Part shown: positions 28,902 to 44,504 of the stretch, piece after piece
How the letters are laid out: every line of letters starts with the position of its first letter
Position numbering within the stretch: the stretch's first letter is position 1
NCBI RefSeq assembly: GCF_009914755.1
Contig: NC_060943.1
DNA from: the human T2T-CHM13v2.0 reference genome, Homo sapiens
Direction: 5' to 3' (one strand)
Length of the DNA: 64,000 bases
Made by a program: the position numbers and the translations under genes
Notes under the pieces: model-generated
What the model saw: only the letters and a program-made list of their open reading frames with translations
Told to the model about the DNA's origin: nothing
Databases searched by the model: none

Positions 28902-30281
28902 CTAAATGAGATTTCAAACTTTTACAATGCGAGCCAAACTTATTGTGTCTTTACATTAAAGGAACAATGCTCTTACATAAACCAAACTTATTTCCAAGGG
29001 CATAACTTTGTTGACATCTTTCAAAATGTTTAAGCTCATTTTGGTTTTCTGGGTACCACTGCATATGGTAAACCCCCCAAATTTCTCCTAGGAAAAAGCA
29101 CAATATGAACATCCATGATAATTTTTTGTGGAGGTGGCAGAAGGTGCAAAAATGCCATGGTTTTGGCTGGCTTTTATAAGATCTCAGTCTCAGAGTAATG
29201 TACCTCACACTCTGTGAAAAAGGATGATACTATAAAACAGCAAAAGGAAAATACAGCAACTTCAGCAACAACAATGGATACTCTATAATGAATCAATACA
29301 ACTTGGGCTGCCTCCCAAATCGGACCTTGCAAATGGAGACAGAATAGAAACAGAAACACATTGCAACTGGAATAAATCAAAAATAGATGGAGGGGATGGA
29401 TGTATTCACCCAACAAACACTGAATAGACTGGTATTTGGGATACTACAGTGACTAATCATTATTCTCTCTCTCCATGAACCTGTCATTCAGGTAAAGACA
29501 GAGAATCAACAGGTATGCAAAGACGTAAGAAAATTACAGAATGTGAAGAACAGTACAAAGGAAGTGGCTCACATCATAGGGTAAGAAAAAGCAATGTTAT
29601 GCAAAGAACAAAATAAAGAACATTCCAAGAAAAGGGAACAGCCAGTGTGAAAACCCAGAGGCAGAAAAAACTTAGGTGTGATAAAAAAAAAAAAATGTAA
29701 GAGAAGCTGGTTTACCCGGAATATCCTGAGCTTGAGTGAAGTAGAAATACAAAAGTTTGGCAAGGCTGGCAGGATTAAAAACATGAAGATTTTGGAGGAA
29801 GACTTTGTTAGAAACTGGAATTTATGCTAAGAACAATGGCAGTAAGCCACCAAACATTTTTTTGCCAAGAAAACATGTTCTGAATTGACAGTTCCAAAAC
29901 ATGACTGTCCTATGGAGAATGAATTGAAAAGATGAAATTATAGAAGGGAATATGCTGGAGGTTATGGCAGAATTCAGATGGCTTGATCAGGAATAATTAC
30001 AATGGAGATGGAGAAATGTGAAAAAACAAGAACATAAGTATGGAGGAGGAAAAGATAGGATTCACTCTTAGAACACATGTTCCCAGCAGAAAAGCGAAGA
30101 ATTGAGGATAACTGCTCAGTATGTGGCTTAAAACACCTATGTAGGTGCTGGTGCCATTTAATAAAATGAGGGTAAAAGAAGCCTCATACCAACCAGTAAA
30201 ACACACACACAAAACAATATATGACCATTACTAAGTTAGTGCAGCATAGACACAAAGGAGATAAAAGTCAGAAAAGAGGGT

Positions 30282-30736
<455 letters not shown>

Positions 30737-31850
30737 TCAATAAAATATATGTCTTCCTCCTCCTTGGAATAATTTTGTCACTTATTTCATGGACATCTTC
30801 TGACTCTCCCACCACAACCCTGATACTTTTTCTATGTGGCTGGGTTCTCCTCTTTTGAATCTCTGAATATATGTGGACCTCTTCTTTCTTCAAGCAACAC
30901 TCACTCCTCATGTCTTCTCATCAAGTTCCAGTGCTTTGATGGCCCCTGCCCAGAGGGGAATGAAGCCATCACATCAAATGGAACTCACAGAAAAAGAGAA
31001 GTCAGTCAAACGTGCAGCAATGGAGGCGATAAGAACCTCTACTACCATGGCCTACTGTGAAGTGGGACTTCAAGAGTAGAGTGTTCAAAACAATAAAAAT
31101 TAACAGGAGCAGCTGAGACATTCAGACGTAGAACAGAGTAAACCGAGAAGACTCAAGGCAACTCCAAGGTGACCAGGCACCGGAGTGATGAGCAATACAG
31201 CAGAACCTAAATATAATGCACAGGGAGGGAAAGGATTTTCCAGGAGGAAAGAGAATCACAGTTTCTAACCCTGAAGCTGAGGGAAGAAGAATTTCACAGA
31301 ATACTCGTCCAGGGTGCTGGCAAAATATAGAATAAGAAGGCAGGTGAGATTACAGAAAAGGAGATATCTGCATGAAGCTATTTGTCAGAAGACACAGCTG
31401 AAATCTTTAGTATATGTGAGTATACTACATGATGGTAGAAACAACTGGGAGAAAGGAGGATTCTGGTTTCACATCCTGGAAGAAGGAAATATTCGGAGAG
31501 CTGTCCTGGTGGCTGGCGACACGCAGCGGGTTAGAGTGCAGATGAGACGTTAGTAGCAGACATGCTACTTTGCGAGTCTCCAGCAGGGGCCAGAGAGCTC
31601 AGGCCCTGAGAGTGAATTAAACTTCTACCAGGAGAATCAGCAGAAGATAAAAAAAAAAAACAGAAGCTGGAAAGGCGGGGAGCAGTGGGTGAGTAAGTCG
31701 ACAGAGATGCCCCAAGAGACATGGTGTGGAGGCATTGACGTGAGCTAAGGTGAGGTGATTTTCAGTGAAGGAAATCAGGCCTTTCCAGAGGGGCCGGGAT
31801 ACACTTTTAAGCGACAGAAGTGCTAAAAGTAATGCAATCCAGCCAGGCGC

Positions 31851-32172
<322 letters not shown>

Positions 32173-32476
32173 TCAAAGCAAGTAAGGAAGGGGCAAAAGT
32201 CAGGAGCAGGCTGGGAAGAATGGAACCAGGTAAGAATTCAAGGTCTTCGATGACATGGACTGAAATCAGATCCAGAAAATAGAAGAAAGGAAGACATTAT
32301 CCTTTGAGAGCCGGCTCTATTAGGGATGGACACAGATGCAGAAAGGCTGATTAGGTTTCTGGGCCACCAACTACTGTGAAGTCCTCTAAAGAACACTTTA
32401 AAAGCATCAACCCTTCTCCGACCAGCTGGGATTTGCATGCCATTTCTCCCCATTTTCTTAGTTTTCACTCACTTAC

Positions 32477-32572
32477 CTGGACAGATTTGACTGTGGGCTG
32501 CTCCTTCTGCTATCCCTGGGGGTTCTCCTTGCTCCAACTTGAAGAGCGAATCTGGCTTGGTGCCTCGATACC
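32477..32572 (-). CDS. ZNF577: ZNF577 KRAB-B exon (96 nt)
   Basis: tttacag/GGTATCGAGG...TGTCCAG/gtaagt; GYRGTKPDSLFKLEQGEPPGIAEGAAHSQICP. Confidence 0.95.
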
Positions 32573-32739
32573 CTGTAAATGGGAGATCACTGAACACTTG
32601 GCACGTGTGCTTGGGGAATGGATGAAGATGGAGAGGGTTATGTCTCAGGAACCACAGCATTTGCACTTTGATAAAGCAAAACTCTTTCACTCAGGAAAAG
32701 AGCACAACCACTTCGTGCCAGGGAGGAAAATAACAGTCT

Positions 32740-33475
32740 GCGTGACACACCCATACCCATTAGGATGGCTACTATCAAAAAAACAAACAGACAAACAAAA
32801 ACAGAAAATAACAATTGTTGGCAAAGATGTGGAGAAACTGGGACCCTGTGTACTCTTGGTGGGAATGTAAAATGGTACTGACATTGTGGAAAACTGTTCC
32901 TCAAAAAATTAACAATGGAATGACCATATCACCCAGCAATTCCACTTCTGGGTATATACCCCAAAGAATGGAAAGCAGGGTCTCAAAGAGATTATTTGTA
33001 CACCCATATTCATAGCAACATGATTCACAAGCGCTAAAACATGGAAGCAACCCAGTGTTCCTTAACAGATAAGTGGATAAGCAAAAGGTGGTATATATAT
33101 ATACAAAAGAATATTATTCAGCCTTAAAAAGGAAACTCTGGCACATGCTACAACATGGATAAACCTTGAGAACATCATAATAAGTGAAATAAGCCAGACA
33201 CAAAAAGACAGACACTATATAATTCCACTTATACGAGGTACTTAGAGAAGTCAAAATCCTAAAGACAGAAAGTGAATGGTGGTCACCAGGAGCTGGGGAG
33301 AAGTGGGGGAATGAGTAGTTGTTGTTTTGTGGGTACAGAGTTTCAGTTTTAGAAGACAGAAGGTAGTGTTGGTGGCTGCATAACACTATGTGCGCGAATG
33401 CATTTAACCCACTGAACTGCACGCTTATGGTTAAGACGGTAAATTTTATGTTATATATTTTACCACCACAACAAA
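32740..33475 (+). mobile_element. Old L1 (L1MB-type) 3' end
   Basis: acacccatacccattaggatggctactatcaaaa...ggcaaagatgtggagaaactgg... Confidence 0.85.
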
Positions 33476-33539
33476 AAATCTATAACATATAATACTTTAG
33501 TCTAAACCATTAAATATTTATGGGACCGTACAGTGGTCA

Positions 33540-33710
<171 letters not shown>

Positions 33711-34170
33711 CTATAATAACAATTCCAATGCAATCTGAGGTGGATAACAATAGATGATGCGGAGAAGAGGGACGGGGACATGTCTTGATCCTTTTCTCCA
33801 TGACAACGTATGCACACCATGGCTATTTCACATACCAAAGGACCATGGAATTCCACCAATTCTGCCTACCCTAAAAGCACGAAGGCAGTACTAGCATAGA
33901 TATGAAACAACATGTAATAAGACTGTTCATTATTCCTTTGTTTCTCATAATGAAAAACTTACCAATAATCTAAATGTCTATCAAAAGCAGACAGGGTTAA
34001 ATTACAGCACCTCCATGCTATAATATACTGCAAAAATGTTAAAATCAATGAGGTAGATGTATACATACCCACATGATTATCAATGATCTCCAAGGCAGTC
34101 TCTTAAATGCAAAAAATTAAGCTCCCAAATAATATATGATCTAAGACATATTTTAAAAATGTAATAATAC

Positions 34171-34856
<686 letters not shown>

Positions 34857-35517
34857 CTACCAGATGTCAATCACAGGGAGGAACTAGATAGAGACCCAAA
34901 CTATGAACACTTATTTAGTATCCTTTGGGTTGAAGTTTGGGCAGAAAAAGGGTGAAAGGAGATACTGTCTTTTGATACAAATGCTTCTGTTTGCTTGAAT
35001 CTCTTGCGTGCAAATGTAGCCATGTATCATTTCAGTAATTAAACATAGAAAAAGCAAAACAAGCCGAACTGGTGCTTTGTTTTTTGAACCTGGAGTTAAG
35101 AAGGTAAGAAAGAAGCATTGTCAGTATCTGCATTCCAAGCTGTTACCAAAGAATGGAGCTGTTAATTGTCTCCTGCTGTCTCAATAACAAAAATCTGGAT
35201 GAGAGAATTCTTCTTCAGGGAGGATCATTCAAAGGTCAAGCAGCCCATTCATTCTACTGGATACTCCAGGCTTTATCACTGGGCAAAGTCAGATGACCAG
35301 AAGCCTCTATTTTCAAGGCACGCTATTTTCGAAGAATTTTGTCCAATCCAGTTTTCCTTTGGCATTACTCCTTAGCTTACCCCACTAAACAACAGGAAAA
35401 AGCCATAGAAAACATCCCATGCCTTTATTACAAGGCTGACTTTGAGGATACCGTCAACCACAAAAGCTCTCTGAAGGAAAGAAGTTTCTCAAGCTCTCAC
35501 AGCAATGACAAATTTAC

Positions 35518-35577
35518 CTCCCCTGAAGAACTGCCTTGCTCTCTCCTCACAGACATTACAATCGTGGCATTTTTCAT
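35518..35577 (-). CDS. ZNF577: ZNF577 start-codon exon, coding part (MKNATIVMSVRREQGSSSGE); exon begins about 35596
   Basis: ATG at 35577, donor GAG/gtaaat, phase 0 into KRAB-A; acceptor tttttttggcag/ at 35596. Confidence 0.85.
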
Positions 35578-35873
35578 GTGTTTCCTGTTATTTCAGCTGC
35601 CAAAAAAAAGGAGACACAGTTTAAAGCAGAGAAAACCCACAGGGTCTTAACAGTCACTTAGCTATGTTCCGACATTAAGAACTTTCACAAACCCCCTGAT
35701 CCATATATCTTGTTTCTTAATTTGCCAGGATTTTAAGATTCCAACTTAAACTTATTTTCCCACAGATCCTGATTTTTATCAGCATACACTATCTCATTTA
35801 ACCAGACTGTCTTTTACAAGCTTCCACAGACCCATTGGGAAACAAACGACAAAATAGGTAAAACAAACCTCAC

Positions 35874-36072
35874 CTGGGCCTTGCCCATTTCGTTCAACTC
35901 TTAGGGGCTAGCAACTCTAGTATGTTCTCTCTCTTCTGTCTATTCTGGGCCTTCCCAGAAGTGGTGGTCAGGTATCATCTCAGGTCAAGCTACCACTGGA
36001 AATGATGATCTTCCCCAGCCTGGAAGCTCCTTCTTCCATTACTGAAAATGTCTTGTTCCTATAGGCCAGAAC
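35874..36072 (-). other. ZNF577: ZNF577 upstream exon ending in ATGGGCAAGGCCCAG (MGKAQ), paralog of ZNF649 exon 2
   Basis: Acceptor aatccacag/GTTCTGGC, donor CAG/gtgagg; 199 nt versus 202 nt for the ZNF649 exon. Confidence 0.8.
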
Positions 36073-37691
36073 CTGTGGATTCAAGACCAAATTCAATGAT
36101 AAGAAGACATGCTCCTAGGATCACAAGTCTCCAATTGCCATCTGGACTCACATTAACATCAGGTTCCAATATTTCATCTGTCTCCTTAACACCCTGGAAG
36201 CCATTACATCATGGGGCAGTGATCCAGAGGAAGATATGGAATGTGCAAGAGGAATGCCTTTTTTTTTGGTTATGTCAGAAATAGAGTGGATGTGAAACAG
36301 GAGAAAGTAAACAAAAACCACCTATGGTCTTGTCCACTGCCAAGTTCTCACATATATCAGTTTTAGGTAAGACAATGAAGGAAGTGGTAAAGCCAGACAT
36401 GGTGGCATGTGCCCTAGAGTTCCAGCTATTGTAGAGGCTGAGATGGGTGGATCTCACCTGAGCTCCAGAGTTCAAGACCAGCCTGGACACATGGCAAGAC
36501 TCTGTCTCTAAGAATAAAAACATAAAAGAAGTGGTGGCTCAAGAAACTGACTTAAAATCACCACCGGCAGCCACATGCTCCTAAATTTTTGGTTTATTGC
36601 ACTGTCTTACTAATCATACAAACCATAAGCACTGTCTTACTAAACCCTCGATACTACTTTATAAGGTACTCATTATTATTTCCATCCTAAACATGAGTAA
36701 GCTGAGGCTTGCTGAGACAACGTGTGTTGTGCAGGTTAACATTCTTCCTCATTAGTAGCATGGGAACTTGAATCTACATCTGGGGTCTCTCCCTTGTGAT
36801 ACTTCCCTCCTACAACAGCCTTACAGTGCAAATTTGTTCTCTTTCCTACCCACTTTTAGAACTTTACTTCCCAGCACTTTACACTGCGGGGTGGCCACAT
36901 AGTCACAGCTACACAAACAAGGGCCTGTGATCTCCTAATGCAATATTCAGTGTGGATGCTCAGCCTGCTCCTTCCACACAGACAGGAAAGCAAAGGCGGT
37001 CCCATCTTTGCCCCAGAAGCAGCAGTTCAGAGATCAGTCTCCCCAAGAACCACTCTAGAAACTCACACTCTGAGAACACCCACACTGTGAGAACAACTTG
37101 AATTTTGCTGTCATCCCAGCAAGTCATTCTCAAGACTCTCTAGCAAGCCTGTATCCTTTACACCCAGAGAGCTGATCTCCAAGCCATTTTCTGACCCACT
37201 GGTAAACGCACTGGTCAAGATGCAAACCTCCTCTACCTTCAATCCTGAGACCGCTTCATCCCAGCCCCAGCCCTTCAGTCTAGCCTCCCTACAGGACCAG
37301 TCCAAAAACAGTGGTACCCAACCCAAATGCAGAAATCCATATGGATAGCTAAGAGGTAGAAAAGGCCATTACGCATGAATGGGTTGGAGCTGAGATCTCC
37401 AGGGTTGAAAAATCCAGGATCCAACCATTCCCAGAAGCTCATGGCAGGCTTTCCCTCATACATAATACATCAGAATTGCACCAAATACTCACGCGGAGAA
37501 CATGGCAATGTAACCGAGAAGGGCAATGATACCACCCTGACTGGTAAGGATAATCTGGATTTCCTACTGAACTGAGGTTCAGGTCAAATGTCCAGAGGAC
37601 ACTACCTAAATTAAAGAGGAATTTTCTTAAGAAAGGGGGCTTGGTTGTCAGATTGGCAGCCAACAGTATCCAATAAAAAAAAAAAAAAAAC

Positions 37692-38003
37692 TAGGGTCTG
37701 CTGTGTTGGCTCAGGCCTGTAATTGCAGCAATTCTGGAGGTGAAGGCAGGAGAATTCCTTGAGGCCAGGAGTTCAAAACCAGCCTGGGCAACATACCAAG
37801 ACCTTGTCTCTACAAAAAAAAATTAAAAATTTGCCAGGCATGGTGGTGCATGCATGTAGTCCCAGGTACTTAGGACGGTGAGGCAGGAGGATCGCTTGAG
37901 CCCAGGAGTTCCAGGCTGAATTGAGTTTATGACCGCATCACTGCACCCCAACCTGGGCAACACAGCAAGATCCTGTCTCAAAAAAAACAAAAGGCAAAAA
38001 AAA
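37692..38003 (+). mobile_element. Alu (AluJ-type)
   Basis: Diverged dimer. Confidence 0.9.
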
Positions 38004-38144
38004 GGCTTCCACTTCAAATAAAAGTTAGGATGCTTCCAAACCATTACAAGCCCTCAGCCTTATCTGCTTTTGGGAGGAATGAAGCAGGGAGGAAGGAAAC
38101 AGGTGATTTCTCCCATATGATGTCCTACCTTTGGATATGGCTGA

Positions 38145-38618
<474 letters not shown>

Positions 38619-38986
38619 CTCATGGTATAGTTTAACTTGTTGTTCTCTACCTACCCAACTCCCAGTTTTTCCTTTTAATTAAGTGAGTAGTTCAACTTAG
38701 AGGTTTGATTAGTCCCATGTTCAATTTTTTTAGGTAAGAATCCTTCATGGATGGTGCTGTGTACTTCCTACTGCAACATATGAAGAGGCATGAGGGCAAA
38801 AAAAACAAAGAAAAAAAAAGGGGGAGCTGTTATAGAATTAAAGAGATCTAAGAGATACAACAAGCAAATCGAATGCACCCACATCATTTGGATCATGATT
38901 CAAACAATCCAATGTTAAAAGACAATGATGAGATGATCAGAAAAAAACTGAATGTGGACTAACTATTCAATGAACTAAAGAAATAG

Positions 38987-39460
38987 GCTGGGCACAGTGG
39001 CTCACACCTGTAACCCCAGTACTTTGGGAGGCCGACATGGGCAGATCACTTGAGGTCAAGAGTTCAAGACCAGCCTGGCCAACAGGAAGAAACCCCATCT
39101 CTACAAAAAAATACAAAAATTAGCCTGGTGTGGTGGCAGATGCCTGTAAGCCCAGCTACTCGGGAGGCTGAGGCAGGAGAACTGCTTCAACCTGGGAAGT
39201 GGGAATTGCAGTGAGCCAAGATAACGCCACTGCAGTCCGGCCTCGGTGACAGAGTGAGAGTCCACTCACCCAAAAAGATAAGGAAAGAAATTATTATTAA
39301 CTTGGATACACTGAAAATGGTCTAGGATGGGTGAAGTGGCTCACACCCGTAATCCTAGCACTTTGGGAAGCCGAGGCAGAAGGACTGCTTGAGCCCAGGA
39401 GTTCAAGACCAGCCTGGGCAACATAGCAAGATCCTGTCTGTAAAAGAAAAAACAAAAAGG
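38987..39460 (+). mobile_element. Alu (38987-39280) and Alu monomer (39326-39460)
   Basis: Alu consensus motifs. Confidence 0.9.
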
Positions 39461-40346
39461 AAATGGTCTAGTGGTTATAAATTTTTTTAATGACCTTACT
39501 GGTTAGAGATTCATACTGGGATACGTACAAGTTTCAAGGCATGAAGCCTTGGATTTGCTATGAAAGTCTCCAGACTAAAACAAAAGTGGAGGCACAGATA
39601 AATATGACTGATATGACAGATGAATATGAATTGATAACCATTGAAGCTAAGTTATGGGTAAATATTATACTCAATTTCCATGAAAAAAAGTTAGAGTCAT
39701 CAGAGCCTGATGAGTTCTATCTAATCTTTACAGTACAGAGATGACTCCAATATTATGTAACATTCATCAATCACAGAAAAAGTGAAGCCTCTCTAACAAT
39801 TATATAAAACCAGCATTTCCAAACACAAATCAATAGAATAAAAAAAAAAAGAATTATAGAGATAGGTGCTTTTCCATTGATTTTCATCCTTCCTTCTTTT
39901 CTAATACTTGCATTCAAGGTTATAAATTTCCTCCACTGACTGCTTAGGTTAAATTCAACAAGGGTTTACATGTAGAATTCTTATTAAAATGCAATTGAAA
40001 ATATTTCCACTGTGATTTTTTGAACTCAGATTATTTAGAAGCGTATGGCATAATTAACAATCATTCTGACAAGAAAACAGCATGTTCTGAATTGATAGTT
40101 CCAAAAAGTCACATGACTATTCTATGGTGAATAAATCATTTTGATATTGATTTATAGCTTAATTCCACTATAGTTAGAGAAAATATTCTATATGGTTTTA
40201 ATCATTTGAAATGTATTTAGACTTGCCTGATGGCCAACCATACGGTGACTTTTTATAAATGTCCTATGTGCATCTGAGGAAAATTATTGAGTGCAGTGTT
40301 TTATATTGGTCAAGTTTGTTAATTAGGTATGTCATTCTAACCTTTC

Positions 40347-40555
40347 AGGGGTTGGGACTATTGTGGGTTAGCTGAATGTTTTTGTAAATAATGTTTTATC
40401 AGAACACAGCCACACCCATTTGTTTACACATTCTGTACAGCTACTTTCATTCTATAATTGCAGAACCTAGTAGATGCAGACAAGACCATTTAGCCGGCAG
40501 AGACTAAAATATTTGTCATCTGTCTGCACCTTTACAGAAAGTTTGCCAGCAATGG
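40347..40555 (+). mobile_element. MER58A-like hAT DNA transposon
   Basis: caggggttgg...ttttgtaaataatgttttatcagaacacagccacaccc...tttacagaaagtttgcc. Confidence 0.65.
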
Positions 40556-40714
40556 TTAATCTATACCCTTTTAGCTTTTTGTCTGCCTGTTCTCTCAGTT
40601 ACTGAGAGAAGTATGTTAAGAATTTCCCATTATGATTGGGCATTTGCGGTTTCTCCTTGTGTCTAGCATACTCCATTCCTCTATACTTAACACACTAAGT
40701 ATATGCTCTATTGA

Positions 40715-41003
<289 letters not shown>

Positions 41004-42719
41004 TCAATAGAACTTTTATGCACCAAAAGACATGTAGAAAAACGTTCATATCAACAATACTCATAACTCCCATAAGCCATAACAATGTCTCTTGATAGTG
41101 GAATGGATAATATGGGGTATAATCATCAATGGAATACTACACAGTAATGAAAAAGAAACGAGCTACTGCTATATGCAGCAACTTAGATGATTTTCACAAC
41201 AAAAATATTAAGCAAAAGAAGCCAGCCACAAAAGAATGTGTACCTTAGGATTTCATTTATATAAAGATGACAACCAAGCACATCTATGATGTTTTTAAGA
41301 TAATAATTACCTTTGGAGAGGAGAGAGAAGATGAGGGCTTCTGGGATGCTACATTATTCTATTTTTTTAACCTGGTGATTTTCAAGTATAATCACTTGAA
41401 AAAAACTTAAGAGACCAATTTCTCTTATAAATGTATAGGCAAAAAAATTTTTTAACTTTCTACTATGAAAAATTTCAAGCAAAAGAACAGTATACTCAAA
41501 TTCCACATATTCATCATGTGACTTCAAGAATGACGAACTCACATCTAATTTTGTTTTATCTATACCACCATTCAGTCCCTCTCCAGCAATGGATTATGGA
41601 TTATTCCGAAGCTAATCCAAGATATCTTTTCATTTTTTGATGCAAAAATATTAAATAAAATTTTAGCAAATAAAATCCAGTCTCATATTAAAAGAACAAA
41701 CCATTATTGACAAGTATGGTTTATTCCCTCAGGAATACATGAAATTGGGAAATAGAGCAACACAAATCAAAGAAAATTTTAAAGAGAAAAAAATAAATGA
41801 AAATAATTGTAATGGTCAAAAGCCCTTAGGAAAGAGAAATAAAAACTTGATAAATCACAGTAATTATTTATTCAGACCATACTACGTACCTAGTACTACA
41901 CTTTGAACATACTTAAAGAACATTTGCTCACTTAATCTTCATAATGATTCCATGAAAAAGAAACTATGACAGCTTTTTTCCACAAATAAGGAAACTGACT
42001 CAGAGATTAACGTACCCAAGTCAGAGGCAGAGGCAGGTACTTCTTACTCCACAGTCCATACACTTGCCACCTGGCTAAAATTATTTGCAGATGACAAAAA
42101 TGCTCAACTAGAAAAAAGACGTCAATTTATAAGTTATATGTAATGACATGAGTACAATGAAGTGACAGAATAAACATATATATTTTTAACTTCTGTTCTT
42201 GTCAACTAAGTAAAATTAGGAACAAAAAAGGAAAGGGGGAGGGGTCTTATGCAAAAAAAAAGTCACGATTTACAACAAAAAGTATTAACTATGTAGAAAT
42301 AAGCATAACCAGAAATGTCCAAGATACGTATGGAAAAACACTACAGATAGTCAAACAAATAAAAATATTGGGTTAATAGAAATCCATCACATGTTCCTGA
42401 AAGTGTTGTATCTAGATCTACATCAATTCTACCCAAATTAAAGCAACCACTTGATGAAACTGCAGCAATTTAAAAAACTCTCAAAGAGCATGTAATATGG
42501 GAATACGAAGTTGACAAGATGTTATTAAAGACGAATAAAATTATACCAATACCTAGACACCTGATCCCAACATTAAACATGAAATACACTAAACCAGAGT
42601 TATTTTCTGGAGGAGTATTTAAAATGATGGGGATGTTATTACTTGGGTCGCAATGAACCTGAAAACCCATTTTCTACAGAATATACAGCAGCAGGGAAGC
42701 AAGGGGACCAGCAGACCCC

Positions 42720-43400
42720 TTTTTAAGTACGCATGTGATAAGCAATGAACACGAACTGCCCAGAGCAGTCTCCAACACTGACACGATTCGCTTCCCCACC
42801 ACGACGCCCTAGCGCTACTGTGCAACGAAGACCTCCCAAGCACTGGTTCCAATGCGGAGACCATGGGCTCCCAGACTCTGGGAACTCCAACACGACTGCG
42901 AAACGAACTCCGAGCGAGGACTCCCCGAGAGCTCCCCGCAACACGGACCTCACGCGCTAGCGAACAACAGAAAAAAAAAAGCGCGCTCTCCCTGCCCCTG
43001 AAACATTCCCAGAAGCCCACGCAGACCAGACCGATGACCTGTCTCCACTGCTGGAGGCGAGTCAGGGACCCGAAGTCTCTAAACACTCGCCTCTACCCGC
43101 CGCCCCGCGAACCCCACACACTGCAGACGCGACACTCGCAAGTTTCGGGGATGGCGGCCGGCGAGGGCCATACTGCGTCTTTCCGGAGACACGGAATACG
43201 GCACCAGCCGTCCCTTTATGATGCAATATGTCTGCGCCCAGGGGACGCTTGCTGGGAGCAGCCATTTTCAACCCTACTGCCGTAGAGCAGGCGGAGTCCC
43301 TCTTTTCGCGCCTTAAGACAGGTAGGTTCTGACGATGAAAAGCAATTGAAAACGACCCATTTCACCCTTTTTCCAGTCCACGTGAACTGCTAGATCTTGG
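42720..43400. promoter_or_regulatory. CpG island / bidirectional promoter of ZNF577 (-) and ZNF649-AS1 (+)
   Basis: High CpG density; YY1-type aaaatggctgctccc on - strand at ~43254-43268; gatggcggcc on +. Confidence 0.85.
43278..43321 (+). ncRNA. ZNF649-AS1: Probable first exon of antisense lncRNA ZNF649-AS1
   Basis: Divergent from the ZNF577 start, with donor ACAG/gtaggt at 43322. The lncRNA is recalled, and its start coordinate is approximate. Confidence 0.5.
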
Positions 43401-44443
43401 CTTTGCAACATTAGCCAGGGGCGCTACATAAACTGCTTAGTTTCTCAAAGGCTCAAGCCTGCCCTGATCTGTCTACAGGATGGGTAGAGATGGTCACAGA
43501 CATTTAGGCACTTTGATCCTAAGAAGAATGGAAAGAAACCATGTGGCGCGGCAGTCTTACAGGAATTTCAAGAGGGAGGGACCTGAGCAACAATCGGAGG
43601 GGTTATTACTCCTGAGGATGCATCTGGCTGGAGAAAGCAGCCTTTGAGAACTGCCTAAGAAGTATCTTTACATCTACATCAGATGTAGCCTCAGAGGAAG
43701 GAGTCAGTCATAGAATGGATAAAACAACCGCGTGTTAAAGCTTTGGTTATAATTGGTGTGGAGAATGGAGAACACAGTTGATCAGCAGTTGACAAAGTGG
43801 GGAACCAACACGAAAACAGGGCTCTCTCACCCTGGAAAAGCCAAAGGCAGAACAAGCCTTTACATCCAGGAAGGTGGGAGCAACTTGAAATCAAAACTCT
43901 GAAGGGGAGATGATTCTGTTCAATACTGAAACTCAGCTGATCAATTAACTGATGAATTCTAGCACCAAACCTGCTCCCTATAATTTTATAACCAGCCTCA
44001 GAGAACCTTTAAAGGGATTGATCATTCACTCATTTATCCAGCGAATGTTTATAAAATGCCTAATGTGTCAAACACTGTTGTGCGTGCTGGGAATACAACA
44101 GTTGGAAATTCAGGCACAAAGACTCTCATTCATGGAGATTACATTCTACTGGCAATTTCAGTGTGTGAGCTAAATTGAGTGGTGCTAACTGTTGACTTGG
44201 CTGGTTGACTGAAACTTGGACTCAAAATTTGCCTACACTAAATGAAGTTTAAATGCCAGAAATTTCCTCATATATTATAAAGTACCCAAAGATAAATGGA
44301 GTTTGGAATGCTAGAATGAATTTATCATGTAAAATCAAGATTACCCATACCTCAAATATGTATTCCAGTAGCATCTAGAAGACAATCTCTTCACTGACAC
44401 TGATCTGGTCACAGGAAATAGAGATATACTACTGTAAGATTAT

Positions 44444-44449
44444 TTTATT
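44444..44449 (-). terminator. Candidate polyadenylation signal AATAAA for ZNF649
   Basis: tttatt on +, about 1.37 kb past the stop codon; usage not shown by the sequence. Confidence 0.35.
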
Positions 44450-44504
44450 ATACAGTAAGTGATATAATGTCCTTGAAGTTAGAATGATAAGTTCATGATT
44501 TTCT

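Noticed and set aside
27727-28917. ORF-track starts for the finger exons (MKSHLG at 28917; MFSLL at 47108)
   Set aside because: Non-ATG, intron-side starts; the real frames are entered by splicing from KRAB-B.
42619-43285. 140-155 aa ORFs in the ZNF577 CpG island (also 59621-60423)
   Set aside because: GC-rich, stop-poor sequence with no recognisable domain.
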